Assembly: GCA_938033695.1 (NCBI GenBank)
Contig: CALHKE010000018.1
Coordinates: 6,654-70,653 of the forward strand
Origin: an uncultured Candidatus Saccharibacteria bacterium
GTDB taxonomy: Bacteria > Patescibacteriota > Saccharimonadia > Saccharimonadales > Saccharimonadaceae
Direction: 5' to 3'
DNA: 64,000 bases
Shown one piece after another: positions 38,689 through 48,071 of the stretch (the first letter of the stretch is position 1; every line of letters starts with the position of its first letter). The translations under genes were made by a program, and so were the position numbers. Below the pieces are notes generated by a model. It was not told where the DNA came from and searched no databases. It saw nothing but the letters and a program-made list of their open reading frames with translations.

Positions 38689-39219
38689 ATGGAAGGTTTC
38701 TTAGACAAACGCAAATTAGAGAATGAAGCTAGTTTCAAGGAAGTTTTACACGTTTTAGATGAAGCCTACAATCTTTTCAGCCTACGGTTTTGTTGGTCCG
38801 ATATGATCGAAACCACCAACGCTGAGACCAGAAGAAAAGATTACGACGAACTACAAAACACCACCGATTTTGATCGCAGATTACGTCTCTGGTATCAGGA
38901 CAAAAAATCTGCACCGCTCGATGTCCCCAAAGAAATTCATGCCACTATCTCTGTCGACCGCATCACCAGCGTGATGCCGAGATGCGCCAAGCAACATGCC
39001 AGGCACTATCGTAATGACCACATTAAATTTCGTACTTTTCAGTTTAGCGTCAAATCACTTCGGCGTCTATCTAAGGAGGAAGCTCGCAAAATCTATAATG
39101 AATACACTCTTCCTACTGAGCTCTGGGATGCTATTAGTAAAGGCGATGTTTACGTAATTACCACCACTGGTGGTGAAGAATTAAATCTGGTTCATCGCAC
39201 CACGAACCAAAAGGCTTAA
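38689..39219 (+). CDS. hypothetical protein (possible family C) in a boxA/leader-trailer unit
   Basis: SD AAGGAGG; own promoter and terminator. Confidence 0.7.
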   Translation: MEGFLDKRKLENEASFKEVLHVLDEAYNLFSLRFCWSDMIETTNAETRRKDYDELQNTTDFDRRLRLWYQDKKSAPLDVPKEIHATISVDRITSVMPRCAKQHARHYRNDHIKFRTFQFSVKSLRRLSKEEARKIYNEYTLPTELWDAISKGDVYVITTTGGEELNLVHRTTNQKA

Positions 39220-39359
39220 TGTCACCGAAAAACGCAACACAATTTTTCGCCCCCGAATTTCGGGGGTCTTTTTATTCTAAAACATTTACAAAAACCTCTT
39301 TACATGCTACAATCAACTTGACAGTCTGGTTATCAGACTATTTTTTATGGAAGGAGTAT

Positions 39360-39833
39360 ATGGCGCACATCACCCGCATCAAAGCAGGTCAATCTGGATC
39401 AAAAAATTCAGAAGAAACCAAAGCTTCTGGCAAAAACCCAGAACCTAAAAACCCGATTCAGGACACCGCCGAAGTGCACGCGGAAATCATTGAGTCAAAA
39501 GCTAATGACAAAAAGTCCCTTAAAAATACCAAAAAACTTGCCAAATTAGAGAAAAAAGCCGAAAAATTAGCCGCAAAAAAGGCTAAAAAAGCTTCCGGTG
39601 AAAAATCCAAGAACCCACTTATTCGTTTCTTGCTTTTTATCACTACCCCAATTCGTGCTTTCTTCCGCTACCTTGCCGAATCTTGGCAGGAACTCAAGCA
39701 AGTACGTTGGCCAAACCGTAAAATGACCTGGAAGCTCGTCTTCGCTGTTATTTTATACACCGTCATCTTCGCCGCTATCATTATGGTACTTGACGCATTA
39801 TTCACATTATTGTTTAATAACTTATTGAAATAG
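39360..39833 (+). CDS. secE: preprotein translocase subunit SecE with a long Lys-rich N-terminus
   Basis: ELKQVRWPNRK plus C-terminal TM; upstream of nusG; ATG after AAGGAG. Confidence 0.9.
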   Translation: MAHITRIKAGQSGSKNSEETKASGKNPEPKNPIQDTAEVHAEIIESKANDKKSLKNTKKLAKLEKKAEKLAAKKAKKASGEKSKNPLIRFLLFITTPIRAFFRYLAESWQELKQVRWPNRKMTWKLVFAVILYTVIFAAIIMVLDALFTLLFNNLLK

Positions 39834-39854
39834 GAAAGAGAAAAAGGAAATCAC

Positions 39855-40403
39855 ATGGCAGTAAACCGTTATGACGACACCCTCCAATGGTACACCGTAA
39901 GCACTTACAGTGGCTACGAAGACAAGGTCGCCGAATCCATCAAACAACGTCTCGATAGTGCTGAATTCGAAGGTAAAATCCTCGATGCTATCGTACCAAA
40001 AGAAAAACAAATCGAAATTAAGAACGGCAAACGCAAAATCGTCGATCGCAAAATCTTCCAGGGTTACGTTCTTGTCCAGATGCGCCTCTCTGATGAAACT
40101 TGGTATATCATCCGCAATACCCCAGGCGTCACTGGTTTCGTCGGCACCGGCACCCAGCCAACCCCAGTTTCCGAAAAGGAAATTAATAAAATCAAGAAAC
40201 GTATGGGTGTAGAGGATCCAAAATATTCCGTCAACTACGCGCTTAACGAAGTTATCGCCATTACCGATGGACCATTCAAGGGCTTCGAAGGCACCATCGC
40301 CGAAATCGACTCCAGCAAGGGTAAGCTCCGTGTCATGGTTTCCATGTTTGGTCGTGAAACGCCAGTCGAACTTGACGCACTTCAAGTTAAAAAAATTGAC
40401 TAA
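39855..40403 (+). CDS. nusG: transcription termination/antitermination factor NusG
   Basis: WY.VSTYSGYEDKV, RNTPGVTGFVG, KOW DGPFKGF, MFGRETPVEL. Confidence 0.97.
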   Translation: MAVNRYDDTLQWYTVSTYSGYEDKVAESIKQRLDSAEFEGKILDAIVPKEKQIEIKNGKRKIVDRKIFQGYVLVQMRLSDETWYIIRNTPGVTGFVGTGTQPTPVSEKEINKIKKRMGVEDPKYSVNYALNEVIAITDGPFKGFEGTIAEIDSSKGKLRVMVSMFGRETPVELDALQVKKID

Positions 40404-40540
40404 TTCCATAAAAATCTTCTTAAAATCAGACTCATTTCGGGGTCTGATTTTTTCATTAAGACTGAATTTTCATCAAGACTGATTTATTTTAATTGCTTAT
40501 GCTATAATCAGCTTATAGAAATTTATAAACGGAGAATCTA

Positions 40541-41776
40541 ATGGAACCACAAATCCAAGTTAATTCGGAAATTGGTCGCCTCAAAACCGTGCTTCTTCAC
40601 CGTCCAGGCGAAGAACTCGAGGCCCTCACTCCCGAATATATGAGCCGTATGCTTTTCGACGACGTGCCATATCTAAAGGTCGCACAAGAAGAACATGACG
40701 CCTTCGCTAATGTCTTACGCGAAAACGGGGTGGAAGTACTTTATCTTGATCAACTCGCCGCCGAAGCTCTCGCCAATGAAGAAGTGCGTGATCGCTTTAT
40801 CGTCGAAATGGTTCGCGCCTCTAAGCAAGAGGAAACTTTCTCAACTTTTGCCATCGTTAATTATCTTCAGACTCTCGACCCACTCACTATGGTGCGTAAG
40901 GTCATGGCCGGCGTCAAAAAGAGTGAAGTTGAAGATATGGAGCCTACCAATAAGCAACTTCATCACTTCATGGTCAACGATTATCCATTCTATCTTGACC
41001 CAATGCCAAATCTTTATTTCACTCGTGACCCAGCCGCTTCTATCGGTAATGGCCTCACGATTAATAAGATGCACTGGCCAGCCCGTCGTCGTGAATCACT
41101 CTTCATGCAATATATCTTGAAGTACCACCCACGTTTTGCGAACCAAAATATTCCAGTTTGGTACAACCGCAATAATCGCTTCTCCGTCGAAGGTGGTGAT
41201 GAATTAGTCTTGAATAAGCACACTGTCGCCATTGGTATCTCCGAACGCACCGAAGCTGAAGCTATTGAACGTATCGCTTCACGTCTCTTCCATGACTCCG
41301 AATTTACTCGCGTTCTCGCCATTAAAATTCCAGCCAAGCGTGCCTTCATGCACCTCGACACCGTCTTTACCATGATTGATTACGACAAATTCTCCGTACA
41401 TCCAGAAATCATGACCGCCGGTGGTGAACTCGATATCTATGTTCTCGACAAATCCAATACGCATGTTGGCTACGAAGTTACATATCGTCGTGACCTCACT
41501 AATGTTCTCGCCGAATCCCTTGGCGTATCCAAAGTTCAACTCATCCAATGTGGTAATGGTGACCCAATCGCGGCTGCTCGTGAACAGTGGAATGACGGCT
41601 CCAATACTCTCGCCATCGCTCCAGGCGTCGTAATTACCTACGATCGTAACTACGTTACCAATGAAGCCTTACGTAAAGCCGGTCTCAAAGTTATCGAGGT
41701 CGCTGGTAGCGAACTCGGCCGTGGTCGTGGTGGCCCGCGTTGTATGTCAATGCCACTTTTCAGGGAGGAAATCTAA
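40541..41776 (+). CDS. arcA: arginine deiminase
   Basis: SEIGRLK.VLLHRPG, PMPNLYFTRD, EGGD, MHLDTV, EQWNDG, GRGGPRCMS. Confidence 0.97.
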   Translation: MEPQIQVNSEIGRLKTVLLHRPGEELEALTPEYMSRMLFDDVPYLKVAQEEHDAFANVLRENGVEVLYLDQLAAEALANEEVRDRFIVEMVRASKQEETFSTFAIVNYLQTLDPLTMVRKVMAGVKKSEVEDMEPTNKQLHHFMVNDYPFYLDPMPNLYFTRDPAASIGNGLTINKMHWPARRRESLFMQYILKYHPRFANQNIPVWYNRNNRFSVEGGDELVLNKHTVAIGISERTEAEAIERIASRLFHDSEFTRVLAIKIPAKRAFMHLDTVFTMIDYDKFSVHPEIMTAGGELDIYVLDKSNTHVGYEVTYRRDLTNVLAESLGVSKVQLIQCGNGDPIAAAREQWNDGSNTLAIAPGVVITYDRNYVTNEALRKAGLKVIEVAGSELGRGRGGPRCMSMPLFREEI

Positions 41777-42768
41777 TGTTAAATCTCAAAGGTCGCTCAT
41801 TTTTAACTCTCAAAGACTTTACCCCACGCGAAGTTCAGACTATGCTGGAAACTGCCAAGCAGCTCAAAAATAATAAGCTCACTGGCGTCTCCAATAAAAA
41901 TCACGAAGGGAAGACTATCGCTCTTCTCTTCGAAAAAGCTTCCACTAGAACTCGTTGCGCCTTCGTTTGTGGTGCTCGCGATCTCGGCATGCACGCTGAA
42001 TATCTCGGCAAAGACGACATCCAGCTCGGTAAAAAAGAATCTGTCCGTGACACTGCCTTGGTGCTTGGTCGTATGTTTGACGGTATTGAATTTCGTGGTT
42101 TTGCCCACGAAACCGTCGAGGAACTCGCTAAATACGCTGGCGTCCCAGTTTGGAATGGTCTAACCGACAAATTCCACCCGACTCAAGGCCTCGCTGACAT
42201 GTTGACTATCATGGAACACGTGGGCCATCTACGTGGCACCCACCTCGCTTACGTGGGCGACGGACGTAATAACGTTGCAAACACTTTAATGATTGCCTCG
42301 GCTCTTTTAGGTCTTCATTTTTCCATCGGTACCCCTAGAGAACTTTTTCCAGAACAATCGCTTATCGATGAATGCAATGCCATAACTAAAAAATATCAAA
42401 CCGGCGCCACCATCAAAATCGTGGAAAATCCTTACGAAGCTGTCGCTGATGCCGACGCCATTTATACCGACGTCTGGGTTTCCATGGGCGAAGAAGACAA
42501 ATTCGAAGAACGCATTAATCTGCTTAAATCCTACCAAGTTAATCGTGAGCTTATGCAGGCTACTCGCAAGAAAAATACTATTTTCTTGCATTGTTTGCCA
42601 GCCTTCCACGATAAGAAAACTAAGATCGGTAAAGAAGTTCTCGAACAATACGGCCTTGATGCCATGGAAGTCTCCGACGAAGTCTTCTATAGTCCGAATA
42701 GCGTCGTCTTTGACCAAGCGGAAAACCGGGTTTATACCATTGAAGCAGTCATGGATTTAACCCTCTAA
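41776..42768 (+). CDS. arcB: catabolic ornithine carbamoyltransferase
   Basis: STRTR, HPTQ, DVWVSMG, HCLP, QAENR. Confidence 0.96.
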   Translation: MLNLKGRSFLTLKDFTPREVQTMLETAKQLKNNKLTGVSNKNHEGKTIALLFEKASTRTRCAFVCGARDLGMHAEYLGKDDIQLGKKESVRDTALVLGRMFDGIEFRGFAHETVEELAKYAGVPVWNGLTDKFHPTQGLADMLTIMEHVGHLRGTHLAYVGDGRNNVANTLMIASALLGLHFSIGTPRELFPEQSLIDECNAITKKYQTGATIKIVENPYEAVADADAIYTDVWVSMGEEDKFEERINLLKSYQVNRELMQATRKKNTIFLHCLPAFHDKKTKIGKEVLEQYGLDAMEVSDEVFYSPNSVVFDQAENRVYTIEAVMDLTL

Positions 42769-42875
42769 ACAGTTTTCAGTTTTCCACAATGAAAAAGAAG
42801 CAGACCCCCTGCTTCTTTTTTAGCATAAGTGTTATACTTGAGTCATATAAACCAAACTTATATGAAAGGACATAT

Positions 42876-44453
42876 ATGGTTGCAAAACCTCAAAAGGTGA
42901 AGAAACAACCAAAACAAAAAACCCCTCATACCAAGAAGGTATCGGCTTTTGCTGTTTTGTTTGCGATCATCGGCCTGATGGCAGCCCTAACCTGGGTTAT
43001 TCCATCCGGTAAATATAACATGATTAAAGACCCGAATGATCCGTCTCAGGAAATTCGCGAAGCCGGCACCTACCAGCGCATCGACAAAGTCGAACACATC
43101 GTAGATGAAGAGACTGGAGAAGTCACCACTGTCGACCATCGCCAAGGGCTTTGGGATGTCTTTATGGCACCAATCAAAGGTATGGCTGATCGTCTTGATG
43201 TCATCATCTTTGTCTTGATTCTCGGTGGCTTCCTCGGCATTACCATGAAAACTGGCGCCCTCGATGCCGCTCTCGGTGGTCTTCTCAAGAAGATGAACGG
43301 TAAAGAAATTTTCCTTATCCCAATCTTGATGACCTTATTCGCTATTGGTGGTACCACTTATGGTATGCAAGAAGAAGCTGTCGCCTTTTATGCCCTTATC
43401 ATTCCAGTCATGATGGCTGCTGGGTATAATTCCATGACCGCCATGATGATGATTGTCTTAGGTGGCGGAGTCGGCGTGCTAGCTTCCACGGTCAACCCAT
43501 TTTCTACGGGTATTGCCGCTAGAACCGCTGACGTTCAACTCGGCAACATCCTTTGGATTCAAATGCTCGTACTTGTTGCCATGCTCGTACTCGCTATCCT
43601 TTTCGTTATGAATTACGCCAAAAAGGTCAAAGCTGGCAAATACGCCGACGATTCTTCCGTCGCTTCCACTTTTAAGCCGATTAATCTTAATAGCGTACCA
43701 GAATACAATTTTAAACGCCAACTCATCATGGGAGTTTTCGCTGTCACTTTTGTGATTATGATTATCTCTCTCATCCCTTGGAGCGGTTTTAAAATCGATT
43801 TCTTCGATGTCTTGCATGAATTCTTTGCTGGAGTTCCAGTACTTTCTACCGTTCTTGGTGTTAATCACAATGGCGCCCTCGGTACTTGGTATTTCAACGA
43901 AATTTCCACTCTTTTCCTTATTTCGACCGTGATAATTGCCCTCATTTATCGCAAAGAGTTTAGCAAGAAAAACGTCTCCATCACCGATACATTCATTAAG
44001 GGATCAGAAGACCTCTTGAGTGTCGCTGTAATCATCGCCGTGGCAGCTGGCGTCGCCATCGTGATGCGCGCTGGTGGTATCGAAGATACGATTATTCACT
44101 GGGGTGAAAAAGGTCTCGCTAATTTCAATGGCGGCCTCGTCGGCGTCTTAGCCTACATTTTCTACCTCCCACTTTCCTTTATTATCCCATCTTCCTCTGG
44201 TCTCGCTGCGGCCTCTATGCCAATTATCGCCCCAGTTTCTGAGCTCGTAGGTAGCAACAAAGAAACCATGGTAGTAGCCTTCGCTAACGCTAATGGTTTA
44301 CTTAACATGTTTGCCCCTACCATCGCCTCATTAATGGCCGGACTCACCTTATCTGGTGTATCTTACAAAACCTGGATTAAACGCGTGGCACCACTTATGG
44401 TAATCTTCGCCATTATTAGCCTAGTCGCCGTCTTCGTTATGGGGATGATTTAA
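42876..44453 (+). CDS. arcD: arginine/ornithine antiporter (YfcC family)
   Basis: multi-TM, GGTTYGMQEE, STVNPF, PSSSGLA; lies within the arc cluster. Confidence 0.88.
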   Translation: MVAKPQKVKKQPKQKTPHTKKVSAFAVLFAIIGLMAALTWVIPSGKYNMIKDPNDPSQEIREAGTYQRIDKVEHIVDEETGEVTTVDHRQGLWDVFMAPIKGMADRLDVIIFVLILGGFLGITMKTGALDAALGGLLKKMNGKEIFLIPILMTLFAIGGTTYGMQEEAVAFYALIIPVMMAAGYNSMTAMMMIVLGGGVGVLASTVNPFSTGIAARTADVQLGNILWIQMLVLVAMLVLAILFVMNYAKKVKAGKYADDSSVASTFKPINLNSVPEYNFKRQLIMGVFAVTFVIMIISLIPWSGFKIDFFDVLHEFFAGVPVLSTVLGVNHNGALGTWYFNEISTLFLISTVIIALIYRKEFSKKNVSITDTFIKGSEDLLSVAVIIAVAAGVAIVMRAGGIEDTIIHWGEKGLANFNGGLVGVLAYIFYLPLSFIIPSSSGLAAASMPIIAPVSELVGSNKETMVVAFANANGLLNMFAPTIASLMAGLTLSGVSYKTWIKRVAPLMVIFAIISLVAVFVMGMI

Positions 44454-44455
44454 TC

Positions 44456-45400
44456 ATGGCCAAAATCGTCGTCGCTCTCGGTGGAAATGCCTTAAGCCGT
44501 GATGGCAAAGCAACCGCCAAAGATCAACTCGAAGTCGCCAACCAGACCGCCAAGGAGCTTGCTAAGCTCGTGGCGGCTGGCCACCAATTAGTCATTGTCC
44601 ATGGCAATGGTCCCCAAATCGGTAATATTATTCTTCACGAAGAAGCTATCAATACCGAAAAAACTCCGACTATGCCAATTGACGTCGCTGGTGCTATGTC
44701 ACAAGGTCAAATTGGTTATTGGCTACAGAATGCCATGCGCAATCAGCTCGAATCCGAGGGCATCAAAAAGCCCATTGCCGCTATTGTAACCCAAGTCCTT
44801 GTTTCTAAAGACGATCCGGCTTTCAAAAATCCGAGCAAACCAATCGGCCCATTCTACACTGAAGAAGAAGCTAAAAAGCTTAGCAAAGAACGTCATTTCA
44901 CCGTCAAGGAAGACGCTGGTCGTGGCTGGCGCAAGGTGGTCCCTTCACCAATGCCACTCTCGATTATTGAATCAGAGCTCGTTGAGATCGCTCTCGGCAA
45001 TGGCGCCATTATTGTCGCTGGCGGTGGTGGTGGTATCCCAGTTTATTACGACGAATACGGTCGCCTAGTTGGCCTTGAAGCTGTCATCGATAAGGATTTC
45101 GCCGCCGAAAAACTCGCCGAAACCATTGATGCGGACATACTTTTGATTCTCACTGCGGTAGAAAATGTCAAAATCAACTTCGAAAAAGACAATGAAGAAA
45201 ATCTCAAGACTCTCACCGCTGATGAAGCCTTTAAGTATATCGCGAAGGGTGAATTTGCCGCTGGTAGCATGCTACCAAAGATCGAAGCCGGTATTAGCTT
45301 CGTTTCAAGTGGCAAAAATCGTACCTGTATTATCACCAATCCAGAGAATGCCATTAACGCCATTAATGGTAAAACTGGTACCCAAATTATTGGTGAATAG
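44456..45400 (+). CDS. arcC: carbamate kinase
   Basis: VALGGNAL, HGNGPQ, KPIGPF, GGGGIPV, VIDKD, GSMLPK. Confidence 0.97.
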   Translation: MAKIVVALGGNALSRDGKATAKDQLEVANQTAKELAKLVAAGHQLVIVHGNGPQIGNIILHEEAINTEKTPTMPIDVAGAMSQGQIGYWLQNAMRNQLESEGIKKPIAAIVTQVLVSKDDPAFKNPSKPIGPFYTEEEAKKLSKERHFTVKEDAGRGWRKVVPSPMPLSIIESELVEIALGNGAIIVAGGGGGIPVYYDEYGRLVGLEAVIDKDFAAEKLAETIDADILLILTAVENVKINFEKDNEENLKTLTADEAFKYIAKGEFAAGSMLPKIEAGISFVSSGKNRTCIITNPENAINAINGKTGTQIIGE

Positions 45401-45538
45401 ATAATCGATTAAAACACTTTAAAACAGAGTAGATCCAGTCTACTCTGTTTTTTCACCTCTGTTAATCATTGACTTTTATGCTTAAAAATGCTATAATATA
45501 GATGTCGTTTTGGTATTTTACATTTAGGAGGGGATTAT

Positions 45539-46357
45539 ATGAACAAAACATTAACGAAGTATTTTTCAAAAATTTCACTTCAAAAACTTTGGGATGCAAG
45601 TCTCGATGATTTTGAAAATATTCCAGAAACTCAACGACTGATGCTGTTAGCTATCTGCGAAAACCGCCCGGCCAACCTTGAGGAAATTTATCATTTTCTC
45701 GATCAGCCAGACGCACTTTTCAATGATATTTACCAGGAACGAGAAGTTCGTGATAGTGTATTCTTTTATACCTATCCGTTCATCCACAGTGCAGCCATTC
45801 CTGATGATATTGAAGAAGTTGTCGCCCCAATCGGCACACAAACTTCCAAATATCACCACGAAAATCTTCGTGATCATGTCGCATTAGTGGCTGCCAATTT
45901 GGTAGACGCCGGCCTGAGTGGCACCTTAGCCGCTCAACTCGCTGTCCTACACGACGTAGGGAAAAAGTACACCGCCGCTACCAACAAAGTTGGTGACATT
46001 TGTTACTATAATCACGAGGCGGTCTCAGCTTTGATTGCAAAATATTGGCTTCGCGGCACTGCTAGTCAATCTACCATCAAGCAAATCGTAGCTGTCATCT
46101 ATGCACACCTACTTCCACTTACCACTTGGAACAGGACCGTGCATTGGAAAACGGGTCTTCCTTGTAACTTCCGTCAAGATTTTGAGCATGAGCTCGAAAA
46201 TTTCTACGACGGTAATCAGACAGACGTTAAGCATACCATGGAACTCATTGATACACTTACCAAATGCGATGAGGGCATTCTGGAAATGACACCTGAATAC
46301 GCACAAAAAATTGCGCGTGGACGAGAGTTAATTCATGAATTTCGTCATGGTGCCTAA
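45539..46357 (+). CDS. HD-domain protein (Pnkp/CCA-associated HD-like)
   Basis: SKYHHENLRDH, LHDVGK, YYNHE..SA. Confidence 0.75.
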   Translation: MNKTLTKYFSKISLQKLWDASLDDFENIPETQRLMLLAICENRPANLEEIYHFLDQPDALFNDIYQEREVRDSVFFYTYPFIHSAAIPDDIEEVVAPIGTQTSKYHHENLRDHVALVAANLVDAGLSGTLAAQLAVLHDVGKKYTAATNKVGDICYYNHEAVSALIAKYWLRGTASQSTIKQIVAVIYAHLLPLTTWNRTVHWKTGLPCNFRQDFEHELENFYDGNQTDVKHTMELIDTLTKCDEGILEMTPEYAQKIARGRELIHEFRHGA

Positions 46358-46479
46358 AATTTATCGTACCTTAGAAATAAACCACCAGAACATCGGTGGT
46401 TTTTTCTTTTTTCTAGTATTTTTCTAAAAAATATGTTAAAATATATCCGTTACGCGCTCTAATTAGGAGTAAATATATT

Positions 46480-46905
46480 ATGGCAAAAAAAGTAATTGGT
46501 AACTTAAAGTTACGCATCCCTGGTGGTAAGGCCACCGCAGGTCCTCCAGTTGGTTCAACCTTGGGTCAATGGGGCCTAAACATGATGGATTTCATTAATC
46601 CATTCAACGACAAAACCAAAGAATTCGCTGGTAAGAACGTTATCGTTCACATCCGCGTTTTCGATGATCGCACTTTCGATTGGGTTTGTCTCGGTCAACC
46701 AGTTGACGATTTAATTCGTGAAGAATTAAAGCTTCAAAAAGGTTCTGGTCGTCCAAACACCGAAAAAGTTGGTTCCATCACCCGTGAACAACTTGAGAAA
46801 ATCGCCAACATCAAGATGAAGCAAATGAACGCTGTCGATCTTGAAGGTGCTATCAAGACCGTCGCTGGTACCGCCCGCTCTATGGGTGTAACCATCGCCG
46901 AATAA
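46480..46905 (+). CDS. rplK: 50S ribosomal protein L11
   Basis: GKATAGPPVG..LGQ, GTARSMG. Confidence 0.97.
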   Translation: MAKKVIGNLKLRIPGGKATAGPPVGSTLGQWGLNMMDFINPFNDKTKEFAGKNVIVHIRVFDDRTFDWVCLGQPVDDLIREELKLQKGSGRPNTEKVGSITREQLEKIANIKMKQMNAVDLEGAIKTVAGTARSMGVTIAE

Positions 46906-46924
46906 TTGATTAAAATTAATTAAC

Positions 46925-46954
46925 CGTGGGAGAGTTCGCTCGTTATTACCACAG
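46925..46954 (+). promoter_or_regulatory. probable L1-binding autoregulatory leader between rplK and rplA
   Basis: GTGGGAG-hairpin-ACCAC resembles the L1 operator. Confidence 0.6.
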
Positions 46955-46965
46955 AAAGAAATCAA

Positions 46966-47871
46966 ATGTCAGAAGAACAAATCAAATCTACTGAAGAATT
47001 AAACCAAACTCCAGTCAAAACCGTCGAAGCTGAAGAAAAATTTGCCAAATCTGGTAAAAAATCTAAGAAGCACATCGAAGAAGTTAAGGCTGAAGAAGAG
47101 CGCAAAGCTCGTGCTGAAGAGCACAAGCAAGAAGCCCTAGAGGAAAAGCCAAAGGGTGCCAAGCCAGTCACTCGTTCAATCTTGGAACGCCGTGGTAAAA
47201 AATACCAAGCTGCTTACAAGAATATCGACAAGACCAAGGCTTACAGCCTTACCGACGCTATCAAGCTTGCCGTCGAAACCAACCCAGCTAAATTTGACGC
47301 TACCGTCGAAATTCACGCTCGTCTCGGTGTCGACCCACGCCAAGCCGACCAAAACATTCGTACCACCATCGTTCTTCCAAACGGTAACGGTAAAACTGTT
47401 CGTGTCGCTGTCTTCGCCCCAGAAGATGAATGCAAAAAAGCTAAGGCCGCTGGTGCTGACATCGCGGAAGATGCCGAATTCATCAAGCAACTTGAAAAGG
47501 GAATTATCAATTTCGACGTTCTCATTTCTACCCCAGCTTACATGCCAAAACTTGGTAAGTTCGCTCGCTTGCTCGGTCCTAAAGGTTTGATGCCAAATCC
47601 AAAAGCCGGTACTGTCACTCTCGATATCGAGAAGGCCGTCAGGGAATCTAAGGCTGGTAAGGTCGAATATCGTGTCGACAAACAAGCCATCGTTCATATT
47701 GGTGTCGGTAAAACCAATTTCACTCTCGACCAATTGAACGAAAATGCTACCGTGTTCATGGATTCTTTGAAGTCAATGAAACCAGCTTCTATCAAGGGTC
47801 AATACATTAAGAGTATCTTTATTTCTACCACCATGGGTCCATCCATCGCTGTAGAAAATATCTACAACTAA
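46966..47871 (+). CDS. rplA: 50S ribosomal protein L1 with an N-terminal charged extension
   Basis: [30 protein letters not shown]. Confidence 0.97.
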   Translation: MSEEQIKSTEELNQTPVKTVEAEEKFAKSGKKSKKHIEEVKAEEERKARAEEHKQEALEEKPKGAKPVTRSILERRGKKYQAAYKNIDKTKAYSLTDAIKLAVETNPAKFDATVEIHARLGVDPRQADQNIRTTIVLPNGNGKTVRVAVFAPEDECKKAKAAGADIAEDAEFIKQLEKGIINFDVLISTPAYMPKLGKFARLLGPKGLMPNPKAGTVTLDIEKAVRESKAGKVEYRVDKQAIVHIGVGKTNFTLDQLNENATVFMDSLKSMKPASIKGQYIKSIFISTTMGPSIAVENIYN

Positions 47872-48071
47872 ACTCTAAAATTAAAAAAAATAAGCACCAC
47901 TAGTTCGGTGCTTATTTTTTGAGACGTTTAACAATTTAATCGATATCTATTAAATTTTACATCATTTTTCTTCCGCCATTTTATTCCATTTATGCTAAAC
48001 TCGAAGTAGATGTATTAACATAGATTTATCTATTAGGACTAGATAAATAACATAAGTGGGAGAGAAAAACC

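Noticed and set aside
39219..39359. N-terminal extension of SecE as given in the ORF track
   Set aside because: The region contains the upstream trailer arm, terminator and promoter; the SD supports ATG at 39360. Similar upstream extensions were trimmed for 124, 4653, 10774, 16832, 18993, 19111, 23543 and 42789.
15903..46380. Leader/trailer helices for units 15903, 16880, 21144, 22535(-) and 45539 (also 4728 and 12911- upstream)
   Set aside because: BoxA-like motifs are present in most, but complementarity is only about 6-8 weak base pairs, so they were not counted as support.
39822..47733. Long antisense ORFs over nusG, the arc genes and rplA (also 52159..52917 and 22041..22595)
   Set aside because: Shadow ORFs opposite well-supported genes.
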